From: Synechococcus sp.
GTDB lineage: Bacteria; Cyanobacteriota; Cyanobacteriia; PCC-6307; Cyanobiaceae
Length of the DNA stretch: 64,000 nt
Direction of reading: 5' to 3'
Assembly: GCA_047285805.1 (NCBI GenBank)
Contig: JBJBCN010000003.1
Coordinates: 1-64,000 of the forward strand
The notes beneath the pieces are model-generated. The model worked only from the letters and a program-made list of their open reading frames with translations, had not been told where the DNA came from and searched no databases. Shown here in pieces: positions 1-12,963 of the stretch. How positions within the stretch are numbered: the first letter of the stretch is position 1; every line of letters begins with the position of its first letter. The position numbers were made by a program, and so were the translations under genes.

Positions 1-257
1 ACTTCATTGACCTCTACCTCACCCGCAGGAACCTCCGCACCCTCAGAAGTTGACGTTCCTTGACTCTGGACAACTTCTAATTCGTCAGGATCTACTGCGA
101 CAGCAAGTGGACCGAGCTGAACCGGGTCGGGAAGGACATCCTCAACGCCAGCGCCATATGCATCAAACCGTGCATCTTCGGGCGAGGCAGCCGCGGGACT
201 GACTACCACAGAGCGGGCCAATGAAGCGAAGACGAGAAGCAGACCAAGGCGTTTCAC
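1..257 (-). CDS. Exported protein of unknown family, N-terminal part only (runs off the window edge)
   Basis: Manual translation from GTG at 257: MKRLGLLLVFASLARSVVVSPAAASPEDARFD... is open to position 1 and begins with a signal-peptide-like segment followed by an acidic region. Confidence 0.6.
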   Translation of the reverse strand, partial: MKRLGLLLVFASLARSVVVSPAAASPEDARFDAYGAGVEDVLPDPVQLGPLAVAVDPDELEVVQSQGTSTSEGAEVPAGEVEVNE

Positions 258-371
258 GAAAACAATGACCGCTTAGTGAATAATTTAGCAGAACCTTAAC
301 ACAAGAGAGCCAAACACGCAATCAAGAATTACACACGATCAAGAATCAAGCACCCACCACAAGCAAACCGC

Positions 372-749
372 TCAAGGATACTGCTCCAGCGATATGTTTT
401 GAAGAACAACCAATTCCTCACTATCAAAATCTTCTTGCACGGAAGAGAAATTGGAATCACGCTTGAAATGTAGATACCAATACCGGCCAGTTTGGTGGGT
501 CAAGTAATGACTCCATCCTCTTTTCCCGTATATCATTAGTAATCGCTGAATTTGCAGCGCTGGATTTGAAGACGCTTTGGGCGAACTAGCAAACTGCTTT
601 TCGAGACTACCAAGACTTTTTTTAAATTCTTCGGACGATCCCAACTTCTCGGCTCCTGCAGAGCTAGCAGGGGTTTCATCAAACAAATACATCGCAATCA
701 CACGATAGTGAAAATTGCCATCTGAAACAAATGAACTGTGATGCGTCAT
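372..749 (-). CDS. Hypothetical protein, weakly DUF4177-like
   Basis: 125-aa ORF co-oriented with its neighbours; FHYRVI...YGKRGW...YLHFKR resembles the YKV..G.EGWE..FKR pattern. Confidence 0.5.
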   Translation of the reverse strand: MTHHSSFVSDGNFHYRVIAMYLFDETPASSAGAEKLGSSEEFKKSLGSLEKQFASSPKASSNPALQIQRLLMIYGKRGWSHYLTHQTGRYWYLHFKRDSNFSSVQEDFDSEELVVLQNISLEQYP

Positions 750-796
750 TTAAACAACCTCCTTACCAAAGTGAGGACTTGCATCTGTCAAAGAGA

Positions 797-1576
797 TTAA
801 AAATCAACCCTCTGAAGACGAGGATCTACACAATCATCCTTGAAGAAGTAGGCCTCATAGATACAACCGCTTTCGTTTACTTGGTCTGGCAAAACATCTA
901 TCATAAATCCCTTTGACTCCAAGACCTCTCGAATACAAGCAGGAGGATGCTTGTGCACAAATATTCGCTTCATACCAATATCGACACGAGATGGTGGAGA
1001 AATCAATACTGGACCAGAGAGCTTAAAGCCTTCTCTTTCTAGAAAAGAGACAACTGAACAAGCATCAGAAGACCAGTTGTGCGTTTCAAAATCAGCAACC
1101 TTGACGCGGACGGAGCCAAACTTATTTAGAAAACTACCGCAGCCCTGGAGTATTTCCAGCGTATTGCCAAGAGCCGATACAACCAAGCACGTACGTGACT
1201 GCACATCAAATCTGCATTCCTGCAGGACATCAGGAAGAACTCGCTTGTGAACAGATTCAATTTTGGACACAGAAACACCCGGATATAGCTTGGGGATATC
1301 AGCTAAATCGTAGGTAGAAGAGAAACGGCCTCCAGTATTACAATAAAAAAACCAATCTCTTGAAGACTTACTTCCTAAGACTGCACAAATCGACCTCTGT
1401 TTTTCTACGCCTAACAACTTATCGTTCAAAGATTCACACACATCTTCCCGAGCATCAATCCACAAGACGTCCAATCCAAGATGCTCATAAAGAGCGGACT
1501 CCAACGCGCCTCCGACTCCAACATGCACAACCGAGTCGACGAGGACTGGCGCAAAACCTGAGGGCACGTTTAGCAA
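797..1576 (-). CDS. FkbM-family methyltransferase-like protein
   Basis: VVHVGVGG, VLWIDA, AVLGS, FSS and LVVSALGNTLEILQG match the FkbM layout with degenerate motifs. Confidence 0.6.
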   Translation of the reverse strand: MLNVPSGFAPVLVDSVVHVGVGGALESALYEHLGLDVLWIDAREDVCESLNDKLLGVEKQRSICAVLGSKSSRDWFFYCNTGGRFSSTYDLADIPKLYPGVSVSKIESVHKRVLPDVLQECRFDVQSRTCLVVSALGNTLEILQGCGSFLNKFGSVRVKVADFETHNWSSDACSVVSFLEREGFKLSGPVLISPPSRVDIGMKRIFVHKHPPACIREVLESKGFMIDVLPDQVNESGCIYEAYFFKDDCVDPRLQRVDF

Positions 1577-2158
1577 TGATCATCTTTACTACTCTACCAG
1601 AACCGAAACATCCCTGCCATCTTCGGCTTGGCAAATGAGCTGACACTCCGTAAAGCGCACTACAAGATTTACTCCATCGTTGCCAGCCCAGCCCACTCCA
1701 GCAAGAATGCCTAAGCAAATCCCCCTGATCGAAACGCTCAAAGAAGGCACATAGAGCGCAAGCGCCCAAGGTCAGTCGACGCAAACTGCGCAAGCTTGTG
1801 GAGCATGCAACGGGACTCACCTGAAGCCTGGCATCTACTCCTTAATTAAGCTCTCTTTTCATGCCAATTAATACTCTCCTCTGCCGCAAAATCACAAGAT
1901 TATAAATATCCCTAGCGGGCATATCAAAACCGAAGCGGCCACCTCTAGAGCGACTAGCTTGATTGAGCCCACTCGGTGACCACAAATCGACCCCCAGGAA
2001 GAACTGTTGCTTAAGCTATAATCTGTTCGGGAAAGGCTGAGCAACTCAAGTGACTTCATCTTCGAATAACTTAATAGCATCTGGGCCGGAACTCTTATTG
2101 CGCGACCCCAGCGAAAAAGGTGTTGGCATGAGATCAAGACTTCATTATTGTCTTGCCT

Positions 2159-4284
<2,126 letters not shown>

Positions 4285-4290
4285 TCGGCA

Positions 4291-7200
4291 TTAGCCCCGA
4301 GCTGTAGGAGCGCCAAACCAGCGCTCCTCCAGGTTTTTAATGGCGACGTAGAACGGCGGCACAACGCCGAGGGAGAGCACCGTGGCGACCAAGAGGCCGC
4401 CAAAGATGACCGTTCCAAGGGACTGCTGGCTGTTTGCTCCCGCCGTGGTCGCGACCACCAACGGGAAGAAGCCCGCAAGCGAGGCAATCGCCGTCATCAG
4501 GATCGGCCGCATCCGGGACTCAGCCGCAGCAATCGCCGCCTCGCCATACGACATGCCTGATTCGAGGTGCTGCTCAGCCACCTCGACAATCAGAATCCCG
4601 TTTTTGGCCGCCAAACCAATCAAAGTCACCAAGCCCACTTGGGCATAGATGTTGAGATCAATGGAGCGCAGCGAGAGGAAGGCCAAAGCACCCAACATTG
4701 CCAAGGGGACGGTCATCAAGATGATCACCGGGGTGACATAGCTCTCGTACTGCGCCGACAGCACGAGATAGACAAACAACACCCCGAGGCCAAAGACCAA
4801 CACGCTGGCACTGCCGGCCGAGAGCTGGAGTGCCGCAATCCCCGTGAAGGCATAGCCGATGTTGTTGAAATCCAGGGCCTTGAATTGCTGTTGGATCGCG
4901 CTCAGGGCCTGCCCCGAACTCTTGCCCAAGGCTTGAACACCCTGAATCAAGACCGTTCGGTAGAGGTTGTAGTGGCTGATGACCGGCGGAGCACTGGAGA
5001 GTTCAGAGGACGCAAACTCCGAAACCTGGACAAGCTTGTTATCGCGGTTGCGGACGTAGTAGCTCAGGATGTTCTCCAGCCCCTGGCGACCAGACGGCTC
5101 GGCCTGGACATAGATGTTGCGCACCTGACCGCTCTCGTAGGTCAGACCTGAATAATTACCGCCTGCCAAGACGGCGATCGTTTGCATCGCCTGCTGAAAG
5201 TCGACGTTCAAGGCGCCCAGAATCGATCGATCGATCTTCAGACCAAAGGCAGGGGCGCTCGGAACAAACTGGGTATAGAGGTTGGCGTAGGCACCACTGG
5301 CCTGACCCTGACTCACCAGCTGTTCCGCCAGCTGATCCAACTGGGTGAAGGTGTAAGCGCCATTACTGAGGTCGTTGAACTGGAAATAGAAGCCCCCTTG
5401 CGCCGAGAAACCTGGAATTGCCGGGGGCTGGGAGGCGGCCGCTAAGCCAGTGCTGAACCGGGACAACTTGGCGTTAAGCCGATCGACAATGGCGGGGGCT
5501 TTGTTTTCGGAACCTGAGCGCTCATCCAACGGCTTCAGACCAAAAAAGAACAGGCCCTGATCTGGACTATTGCCGTTGAAACCTGCACCGCTAATCACAC
5601 TGGCGGCGGTGATGTTCTTCTCCTGCTTGAGGACCTCGGCGATCTGCATCCCCACCTGTTGGGTCTGCGAGAGCGAGGCTCCGTTCTGCAGCTGGAAAAT
5701 CCCCAAGCCGTAACCCTGGTCCTCTTCAGGGATGAAGGCCGTGGGCAGGGCATTGAAGGCAATCGCGGTGGTGACAATCCCTGTCCCCAAGCCCATCAAA
5801 ATCCAACGCCGGCGATCAATCAGCCAATGGAGCAGACGGCCATAGCCCTGCTCCAGGCGCGCAAAGAAGGCGTTGAAGCGATCAAAGATCAACGCCAGGC
5901 GACTGCCCGCAAAACCGAAGCCCGCAATGCCGACAACATAGGCCAGGGGACCCAAGGAGGCGGCACTGAATTTGCCAAAGCCCAGGCCAATCAAGAGTCC
6001 AGCCACCGTCCAACTCCAACCTTCCGGGCGGGGTGGCTTCTCGGTCTTGAGAATCAGCCCCGCCATCATCGGCGAGAACGTCAAAGCGTTAAATGTCGAG
6101 ATCGCGATCGAAAACGCGATCGTCAAGGCGAACTGCCTGTAGATGATGCCGATCCCCCCGGGATAAAACGCCACCGGCACAAACACCGCCATCAGGACCA
6201 GCGATGAAGCGATGATCGCGCCGATCAATTCGCCCATGCACTCCAGGGCCGCCTGTCGCGGCTTCATGCCCTGCCCCAGGTTTTTGGCGACTGCTTCGAT
6301 CACGACAATCGCGTCATCGACAACCAAGCCCGTGGCCAAGACCAAGCCCAGCAAGGTGAGTTGATTGATCGAGAAACCAAAGGCCTTCATGAAGGCAAAG
6401 GTCCCCACCAAGGAAATCGGAATCGCCAGGCTGGGAACCACCGTGGCGCGCCAGTCCTGCAAAAACAGGAAGAGAATCACGAGCACCAGGACAATCGCCA
6501 GGCCCAGGGCATCGGTGACTCCACCAACCGCCGATTCAATAAACTGACCAACGTTGTAGATCTGCTGAACCGTCACCCCCGCGGGAACCTGACCACGGAA
6601 CTGCTCCATCAGGTTCACGACGGCCTCGCTCACCTGCAGGGCGTTACTTTCTGGGGTCTGATACACCCCAACGGTGATCGCGGGGTAGCCATCGATATCG
6701 CTCCCTTCGGTCGCAAACGTGTTGAAGCCATAGGTGGCTTCACCGACATCCTGAAGGCGCAGCAGATTGCCCTGGGGAGAGCGCCCGACGATCAACTGGT
6801 TGAGCTGATCAACCGAGACCAAGTTGCCGTTATTCTCCACCAGTATCGGATAGGTGAAGAGCTGGTTGCCGCCGGCCGGTGGGCCGCCGACTAAACCACC
6901 AATCGCCACCGCGTTCTGACTACGGACGGCACTCACCACCTGATCCGCCGTCAACTGATTCGCGGTGAGCTTGTTGGGGTCAACAAACAGCCAAAACGCA
7001 GGATTGCTGCCGCCAAAGAGCGTCGCCTGAGCCACCCCTGGGATGCGCTCGAGCTGGTAATACAGCTGCTCGTAGATCAGGCCATTGAGATAGGAACGAT
7101 CGAACTGCCCCGCAGACGAGGAGACCTGGTAGGCCAGCAGGATCGAAGGGGTGGTTTGGATGACCGAGACGCCGGTGCTACTCACCTGTGAGGGCAGCTG

Positions 7201-7554
7201 GGGCATCGCCAAAGACACCCGGTTCTGCACATTGACCTGGTCAATGTTGATGTCCGTGCCCTCGTCAAAAAACACATTGACCGTGCTGGCACCCGTGTTG
7301 GTGGTCAGCGATGAGATGTAGGCCGCCCCAGGCACTCCGTTGATCTGCTGTTCCAGAACATTGGTGACGGCCTGCTCCGTCACCAGGGAGTTCGCACCGC
7401 TGTAGTTGGCACGCACCTGAATCTGAGGCGGCGCAATGTTGGGCAGGTTTTCAACGGGCAGGGTGGGTATCGCAATGACGCCCACCAGCACGATCAAGAT
7501 GCTGCACACCGTGGTGAGCACCGGGCGCTTAATAAACCGATCCGAGAGCGACAT
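4291..7554 (-). CDS. RND efflux permease, AcrB family
   Basis: 1087 aa; FIKRPV start, GLVVDDAIVV, AAKNGILIVE and MRPILMT proton-relay motifs. Confidence 0.96.
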   Translation of the reverse strand: MSLSDRFIKRPVLTTVCSILIVLVGVIAIPTLPVENLPNIAPPQIQVRANYSGANSLVTEQAVTNVLEQQINGVPGAAYISSLTTNTGASTVNVFFDEGTDINIDQVNVQNRVSLAMPQLPSQVSSTGVSVIQTTPSILLAYQVSSSAGQFDRSYLNGLIYEQLYYQLERIPGVAQATLFGGSNPAFWLFVDPNKLTANQLTADQVVSAVRSQNAVAIGGLVGGPPAGGNQLFTYPILVENNGNLVSVDQLNQLIVGRSPQGNLLRLQDVGEATYGFNTFATEGSDIDGYPAITVGVYQTPESNALQVSEAVVNLMEQFRGQVPAGVTVQQIYNVGQFIESAVGGVTDALGLAIVLVLVILFLFLQDWRATVVPSLAIPISLVGTFAFMKAFGFSINQLTLLGLVLATGLVVDDAIVVIEAVAKNLGQGMKPRQAALECMGELIGAIIASSLVLMAVFVPVAFYPGGIGIIYRQFALTIAFSIAISTFNALTFSPMMAGLILKTEKPPRPEGWSWTVAGLLIGLGFGKFSAASLGPLAYVVGIAGFGFAGSRLALIFDRFNAFFARLEQGYGRLLHWLIDRRRWILMGLGTGIVTTAIAFNALPTAFIPEEDQGYGLGIFQLQNGASLSQTQQVGMQIAEVLKQEKNITAASVISGAGFNGNSPDQGLFFFGLKPLDERSGSENKAPAIVDRLNAKLSRFSTGLAAASQPPAIPGFSAQGGFYFQFNDLSNGAYTFTQLDQLAEQLVSQGQASGAYANLYTQFVPSAPAFGLKIDRSILGALNVDFQQAMQTIAVLAGGNYSGLTYESGQVRNIYVQAEPSGRQGLENILSYYVRNRDNKLVQVSEFASSELSSAPPVISHYNLYRTVLIQGVQALGKSSGQALSAIQQQFKALDFNNIGYAFTGIAALQLSAGSASVLVFGLGVLFVYLVLSAQYESYVTPVIILMTVPLAMLGALAFLSLRSIDLNIYAQVGLVTLIGLAAKNGILIVEVAEQHLESGMSYGEAAIAAAESRMRPILMTAIASLAGFFPLVVATTAGANSQQSLGTVIFGGLLVATVLSLGVVPPFYVAIKNLEERWFGAPTARG

Positions 7555-7566
7555 CGCGAACGCTCC

Positions 7567-8688
7567 CTAGGGCTTGCTGGCTGGAGCGATGGCCACGGGC
7601 AAACCGGTCCGCAGCAGAGCCGTATTGCTCACCACCACCTGATCCCCGGCCTTCAGGCCAGAGCGCACGGGGTAGCGGTTGTCTTGGAGATCGCCGAGTT
7701 GAACGGACGTCTGGACCACAATCGGCGTCAAGCCGGGCAGGGAGGCCAAGCGTTTCTTTTGTTTTTCGGGGACGGTCTTGGACGCCTTGATCTTGGGTAA
7801 CGCCTCCGAAAGGAGAACAATCCGATAGACGAAGGGCTGCTGGGCTTGCATCAGCACCGCCGAGACCGGCACCGAGAGAGCCTGTTGGCTCCCGGTGATG
7901 ATCCGATTCAAGACGTACTGCCCTGTCTTGAGCTTGCCGGTCAGGTTGGGGAACGCCGCTTTGACAAGGACCGTGTTTGGGGAGGAGCTGCTCCCACTGA
8001 CGCCGAAGTAGGGGGAGATAAACACCACCTTCCCGCTCCTTTCCACGGGTGGATTGCCCTGGGTACGAAGCAGAACCTCCTGGTTGAGCGCCACGCGCGA
8101 CGCTTCGGTCGCAGGGACATCCATCAACGTCCAGAGGGTGGAGTTATCGACGATCCCGGTAATCGCCTGCCCCTTGCGGACGTAATCACCGAGCTTCACC
8201 GTATCGAGGTCGCCAATCTCACCACCAATCGGCGAGGTGACGTACTTGTATCCCAAGGTGGCGGCATCGGAGCGCACCCGATCCGCGCTCTGAATCGCCT
8301 TTGTGACATAGGCATCGCGCTGTTTGGTGGACACAGCGCCCTGCTCATTCAAAAAGATGTAGCGCTCGGCATTGAGCCGGTCCTTACGCGCTTCTGCCTT
8401 GGCGGAGTCCAGCGCCGCAGTTTGTTGCACGTTGTCGAGCACCAAAATCGGCTCGCCCGCTTTCACCGTCTGGCCCTGCTTCACCAGAATCTTCACGACC
8501 CGTCCGTCCGCCTCCGGCCTGAGGGAGACATCCGTGGTGGAGCTCAGGCGACTGATGACATCAATCGAGGGATTGAATTCAGCGCTGCCAATCGTTTGGA
8601 CCTGCACCGCCGTGGGCTGACGCTGGGGTTGCTTGGGGGCACAGCCCAGCAAGAACAGCAACGACAGGGGTGCCAGCAGGCGCCGCAC
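7567..8688 (-). CDS. RND efflux periplasmic adaptor (MFP) lipoprotein
   Basis: Lipobox LLGC, biotinyl-lipoyl-like segment, GLKAGDQVV; directly upstream of the AcrB-family gene. Confidence 0.93.
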   Translation of the reverse strand: MRRLLAPLSLLFLLGCAPKQPQRQPTAVQVQTIGSAEFNPSIDVISRLSSTTDVSLRPEADGRVVKILVKQGQTVKAGEPILVLDNVQQTAALDSAKAEARKDRLNAERYIFLNEQGAVSTKQRDAYVTKAIQSADRVRSDAATLGYKYVTSPIGGEIGDLDTVKLGDYVRKGQAITGIVDNSTLWTLMDVPATEASRVALNQEVLLRTQGNPPVERSGKVVFISPYFGVSGSSSSPNTVLVKAAFPNLTGKLKTGQYVLNRIITGSQQALSVPVSAVLMQAQQPFVYRIVLLSEALPKIKASKTVPEKQKKRLASLPGLTPIVVQTSVQLGDLQDNRYPVRSGLKAGDQVVVSNTALLRTGLPVAIAPASKP

Positions 8689-8773
8689 GACGGTGACTCG
8701 GATATCCGAAAACTAGGGAAGTCGAGAAAGTTTGGCCCGAGGATGATGGGGATCGAGACACATCCGGCGCGGC

Positions 8774-10957
8774 GTGAGCGATCTCTTCAGCTATCACGGT
8801 GAGAAGCTGCGCCAGCTCCACGCCCCCCTAGCCGATCGCCTCCGGCCCAGGAGGCTCGATGACTTTCAAGGCCAAGAAGAGATCCTTGGCCCCGGTCGAC
8901 TCCTGCGGCGCGCCATCACGGCCGATCGGGTCGGCAACCTGATTTTTTACGGTCCGCCGGGGGTCGGCAAAACCACCCTGGCCCGGATCATTGCAGCCAC
9001 CACCCGGGCCCACTTCAGCAGCCTCAATGCCGTCCTCGCCGGCGTGAAGGACCTACGCCACGAGGTCGATGAAGCCAAGCGCCGGCTCGATCAGCACGGC
9101 CTGCGCAGCCTCCTCTTTATTGATGAGGTCCATCGCTTCAACAGCGCCCAGCAGGATGCCCTGCTGCCTTGGGTCGAAAACGGAACGGTCACCCTGATCG
9201 GCGCCACCACCGAAAACCCATTCTTTGAAGTCAACAAGGCCCTCGTCAGCCGCTCACGGCTGTTTCGTCTGCAGCCCCTGCAAAACAGACATCTGCACCA
9301 ACTGCTCGAGCGGGCCCTGCGCGACCGTGAGTGCGGCTATGGGGATCGGCCGGTCCAGATCACGCAAGAGGCCGCCGAGCATCTGGTGGAGGTCGCGGGT
9401 GGCGATGCCCGCAGCCTGCTCAATGCCCTCGAGTTGGCCGTGGAGACGACGGATCCCAATGTCGACGGGCAGATCGTCATCAGCCTGGCAATCGCCGAGG
9501 AGTCCATACAACAACGGGCCGTCCTCTACGACAAACAGGGGGACGCTCATTTCGACACCATCAGTGCCTTCATCAAGTCCCTACGCGGCAGTGATCCCGA
9601 TGCCGCCCTGTTCTGGTTGGCGAAGATGATCGAGGCGGGGGAGAACCCCCGCTTCATCTTCCGGCGAATGCTGATTTCAGCCGGGGAAGACATCGGTCTG
9701 GCGGACCCCCAAGCCGTCGTTGTGGTGGAAGCCTGCGCCGCGGCCTTCGAGCGGGTCGGCTTGCCCGAGGGCCTCTATCCCTTGGCCCAGGCCGCGCTCT
9801 ACCTAGCCTCTACGGAGAAGAGCAACAGCCTGCTCGGTTTTTTTGATGCCCTCAAAAACGTCAAGGCAAGCAACCGCCAGGCGGTCCCGTCCCACCTGCG
9901 CGACGCCAACCGTGATGGCAAGGCCTTCGGCGATGGCGTCGGCTACCGCTACCCCCATGCCTACGCCGAGCACTGGGTCGCCCAGCAGTACCTGCCCAGC
10001 GATCTGCAGGGACAAGTCTTCTGGCAACCCGGAACCCTGGGTTGGGAAGGGGAACGCCGCCAACGGCTCCAGCAACGGCGGGCCGCCCAGCTCGCCGCAG
10101 CCGTCGAGCATCAGCAGGAACTCGGCGAGATGCTCAGCAGCGGGCCCGATGACCCCGAGCTGGAACGCTGGATCCAGCGGCAATCCGGCAGCGAAGGTGA
10201 GCGGCTTGATCGACTGCGCCAGGAGCTCTGGGCGGAGGCCAACTGGCAGCGGCATGACCGGGTCCTCGTCCTCGAGGCCCGTTCCTTGCTCTGGGCCCTC
10301 GATCCCCTGCAGCGCTGCCCTGAAGGCGGGGTCGTCATCCAAGCGGCCAGTGCCGCCGATCAAAGCAGGCTGGCCACCCAACTGGCTGTGCTCGACAGCC
10401 TCGATAGCCCCCAACTGATCCCCGAGCTGAACGCACTGGAGGGCAGCGGACAACGCTTCGAATGGATTGCCAGCCGGCATCCCTGGAAGAACTGCAGCCA
10501 GGAGGACCTGGATGCCGCTGTAGCCAGCATCACGGCCTTGGCGGCCCCCAAAGCATACCTTCGTCTGCTCTTCAGCCAGCCGCGACTTGGCCCGGCCGCT
10601 GGCTTAAGGCAAGGGAACACCGCCCAAGAGGAGCTCGGGCACCTGCTAGAGCAGGCGGTCACGATTGAGACCGAGATGCTCGCGTCCGATCCCGACCCCA
10701 CCAGCCTGGAAGCGGCCCTCAAGCAGCAGGGTTGGACGCTGGAATGGCGCAACTGGGAGGAGCGGCTGGAGTTGCCGATCAACGACAGCCTCATCCACCG
10801 TTGGTTTGCGGCGGAAGCCCCCTACCGCCAAAGACTCAGCAACCAACTCAGCGCCAAGGAGATCGAGCGTCTCGCTGCCGCGCTTCAACAACGCCTGACG
10901 GGACATCTGCCGCAGTTGCTTCAGCATCAACTCCTGATTGCTCGTCGTTTGGCCTAA
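8774..10957 (+). CDS. rarA: Replication-associated recombination AAA+ ATPase RarA/MgsA with C-terminal extension
   Basis: [47 protein letters not shown]. Confidence 0.93.
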   Translation: MSDLFSYHGEKLRQLHAPLADRLRPRRLDDFQGQEEILGPGRLLRRAITADRVGNLIFYGPPGVGKTTLARIIAATTRAHFSSLNAVLAGVKDLRHEVDEAKRRLDQHGLRSLLFIDEVHRFNSAQQDALLPWVENGTVTLIGATTENPFFEVNKALVSRSRLFRLQPLQNRHLHQLLERALRDRECGYGDRPVQITQEAAEHLVEVAGGDARSLLNALELAVETTDPNVDGQIVISLAIAEESIQQRAVLYDKQGDAHFDTISAFIKSLRGSDPDAALFWLAKMIEAGENPRFIFRRMLISAGEDIGLADPQAVVVVEACAAAFERVGLPEGLYPLAQAALYLASTEKSNSLLGFFDALKNVKASNRQAVPSHLRDANRDGKAFGDGVGYRYPHAYAEHWVAQQYLPSDLQGQVFWQPGTLGWEGERRQRLQQRRAAQLAAAVEHQQELGEMLSSGPDDPELERWIQRQSGSEGERLDRLRQELWAEANWQRHDRVLVLEARSLLWALDPLQRCPEGGVVIQAASAADQSRLATQLAVLDSLDSPQLIPELNALEGSGQRFEWIASRHPWKNCSQEDLDAAVASITALAAPKAYLRLLFSQPRLGPAAGLRQGNTAQEELGHLLEQAVTIETEMLASDPDPTSLEAALKQQGWTLEWRNWEERLELPINDSLIHRWFAAEAPYRQRLSNQLSAKEIERLAAALQQRLTGHLPQLLQHQLLIARRLA

Positions 10958-10964
10958 ATACGAC

Positions 10965-10993
10965 AAAAAAGCCCCGGCGATGCCGGGGCTTTG
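10965..10993 (-). terminator. Intrinsic terminator between convergent genes, probably bidirectional
   Basis: AAAAAA-GCCCCGGC-gat-GCCGGGGC-TTT. Confidence 0.85.
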
Positions 10994-11017
10994 AAATGGA
11001 TCAATCGATCCCTTAGA

Positions 11018-11722
11018 TCACCAGAGGCCGCGAACGGACTGCCGGACCCGCTCGGGAGCTTCGGCGGTGTAAGCCGCGATGCAAGCCGGGGTGTTCACAT
11101 ACCAGCTGAGCAGCGAGGTGGCCTGCTGGCTGTTCTCGATGCTATTGACATCACAGACCTTCATCGAGCCCTGGAGGCGCTGGTCGGTGGGGAGCTGCTT
11201 CATCAGCCCGAAGCTCGATAGCTTGCCGTCGGCGGAGTCGAGGATGATGGCGCTACGAACGGCCTGCAGGCTGTTCTGCTGGCTGTAGTAGGGGGTGTAG
11301 TTGTCCTCCTGAATGCTCTTTTTCAGGAACTGCTCACCTTTGGGGGAATACAGGAAGCGAGCCACAGCGGCCACATCCACGCTGTACTCCTGCTGGAGAC
11401 CAGCCTGGAGCTGCTCACGGGACCAACCCGAGAGGTTCTCCAGGTTACGAGGGACGGGGTTGTCGATCACCTTGATGCCGCCGAGGGGCAGCAAGGTGTT
11501 GGAGCGAACAAAGCCGCTGCTGACTGTCCGAGCTGTCTGGGTGGGGAGCTTGACGCCGCGGTTACCCCAGGGGTCACCGGTTTCGATGAAGGTTGGGGCT
11601 CCGAATTGGACGCCGGACTGACCCGAGGTGATTGCTTGAGGGGAATTCTGAGGAAGAGCCTGCGCAGGCAGGCCTGCCATCAGGAATCCAACGCCAGCCA
11701 AGGGAAGGAGCGCCTTGCGCAT
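11018..11722 (-). CDS. Secreted DUF1400 (alpha/beta-hydrolase-associated) domain protein
   Basis: Signal peptide; VARFLYSPKGEQFL and AVRSAIILDSADGKLS..LMKQLPTD. Confidence 0.75.
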   Translation of the reverse strand: MRKALLPLAGVGFLMAGLPAQALPQNSPQAITSGQSGVQFGAPTFIETGDPWGNRGVKLPTQTARTVSSGFVRSNTLLPLGGIKVIDNPVPRNLENLSGWSREQLQAGLQQEYSVDVAAVARFLYSPKGEQFLKKSIQEDNYTPYYSQQNSLQAVRSAIILDSADGKLSSFGLMKQLPTDQRLQGSMKVCDVNSIENSQQATSLLSWYVNTPACIAAYTAEAPERVRQSVRGLW

Positions 11723-11822
11723 GGGTTTGCAGAGGAAGACATCCCCGGTATGACGAGTCCACAGAGACTCGCCATAGCAACTCTGGTTTGTTTTAATACT
11801 CGGCCGCGCAAAAAAAACAAAC

Positions 11823-12458
11823 TCAGTGGTGCTCGCCCCACTGCACTGCAGCGACGCCCTCCCCCACTAAGCCGCAGAACCAGCCAGCGGACTCCAGACA
11901 GAGCGAGGGGGGCTTCAGCCCCTGCTGCAGGTGACTCAACTCCTGCTTGGTTTCATCCCAACACCAATGGCGCAATTCCTGAGCGATGGAGGAGCCCATC
12001 CACTTAATAGCCGCCTCCTTGCACACCCAACTTCGTAGAACCGCGAGGCGGCGTTCCTCGCCAAGCAGGGCCAACAACGCCTCGGTCTCCTGGGCCGGGA
12101 AGAAACGCTCGGCCAAGAGGTCCGCCTGCAGGACGCGGTCACGGCGCTCGAGATCCACACCCACCGCCCAAGGGGACCAGGCCAGCAGCAGTTGTTCGCC
12201 GCTGTGGCTGATGCTGACGAAGCCCCAGCCCGGCTCCAGGCGGGGCTGCTGGGCAGGCGGGCTGTGGAGCGGAACGGTAGCCGGCGGCACGTCAAACAAA
12301 GCGGCCAGGCGCGCCCGCAACTGCTGGCGCGATGCCTGGTAGCGGGGTTGGAGCGCCGCAGGCAAGGCCGCACACCACTGCTGTTCCTGCGGCGACAGGC
12401 CAGCGCCACAGGGCGCAGCCAACGGGGATAGCCAAAGCCGGGGCGCCTTCGCCGGCAT
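11823..12458 (-). CDS. 4'-phosphopantetheinyl transferase (Sfp/HetI type)
   Basis: SISHSG, VGVDLE and WVCKEAAIK motifs. Confidence 0.92.
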   Translation of the reverse strand: MPAKAPRLWLSPLAAPCGAGLSPQEQQWCAALPAALQPRYQASRQQLRARLAALFDVPPATVPLHSPPAQQPRLEPGWGFVSISHSGEQLLLAWSPWAVGVDLERRDRVLQADLLAERFFPAQETEALLALLGEERRLAVLRSWVCKEAAIKWMGSSIAQELRHWCWDETKQELSHLQQGLKPPSLCLESAGWFCGLVGEGVAAVQWGEHH

Positions 12459-12495
12459 GCCTTCTAGGCTCCCACGAGTTGAAACCTCACCCCCC

Positions 12496-12963
12496 ATGGC
12501 CCTGCAGGTCGGAGACGTCGCACCGGAATTCAGCCTGCCTGATCAGAGCGGCAACAGCGTCAGCCTCAGCAGCTTCCGCGGACAGCGCGTGGTCATCTAC
12601 TTCTATCCCAAGGACGACACCCCGGGCTGCACCAAAGAGGCCTGCAACTTCCGCGATCAGTGGGCCAGCTTCGAGAAGCACGGCATCGCGGTGCTGGGGA
12701 TCAGCAAGGACGGAGCCACCAGCCACAGCAAGTTCATCAGCAAGTACGACCTGCCCTTCACCCTGCTCAGCGACGCCGAGCCCTGCCCCGTCGCGGAGAG
12801 CTACGGCAGCTATGGCCTCAAGAAATTCATGGGCCGCGAGTACATGGGGATGATGCGCCACACCTTTGTGGTGGACGTCGAGGGCAAGATCGAGAAGGCT
12901 TACCTCAAGGTCAAGGCGGCCTCCATGGCCGACGACATCCTTCAGGACCTCGGCCTCAGCTGA
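12496..12963 (+). CDS. bcp: Peroxiredoxin Q / BCP
   Basis: YFYPKDDTPGCTKEAC. Confidence 0.96.
   Translation: MALQVGDVAPEFSLPDQSGNSVSLSSFRGQRVVIYFYPKDDTPGCTKEACNFRDQWASFEKHGIAVLGISKDGATSHSKFISKYDLPFTLLSDAEPCPVAESYGSYGLKKFMGREYMGMMRHTFVVDVEGKIEKAYLKVKAASMADDILQDLGLS

Noticed and set aside
4291..8688. RND pump without an adjacent TolC gene
   Set aside because: Cyanobacteria commonly share a distant TolC, and the partial ORF at 1-257 cannot be assigned as one
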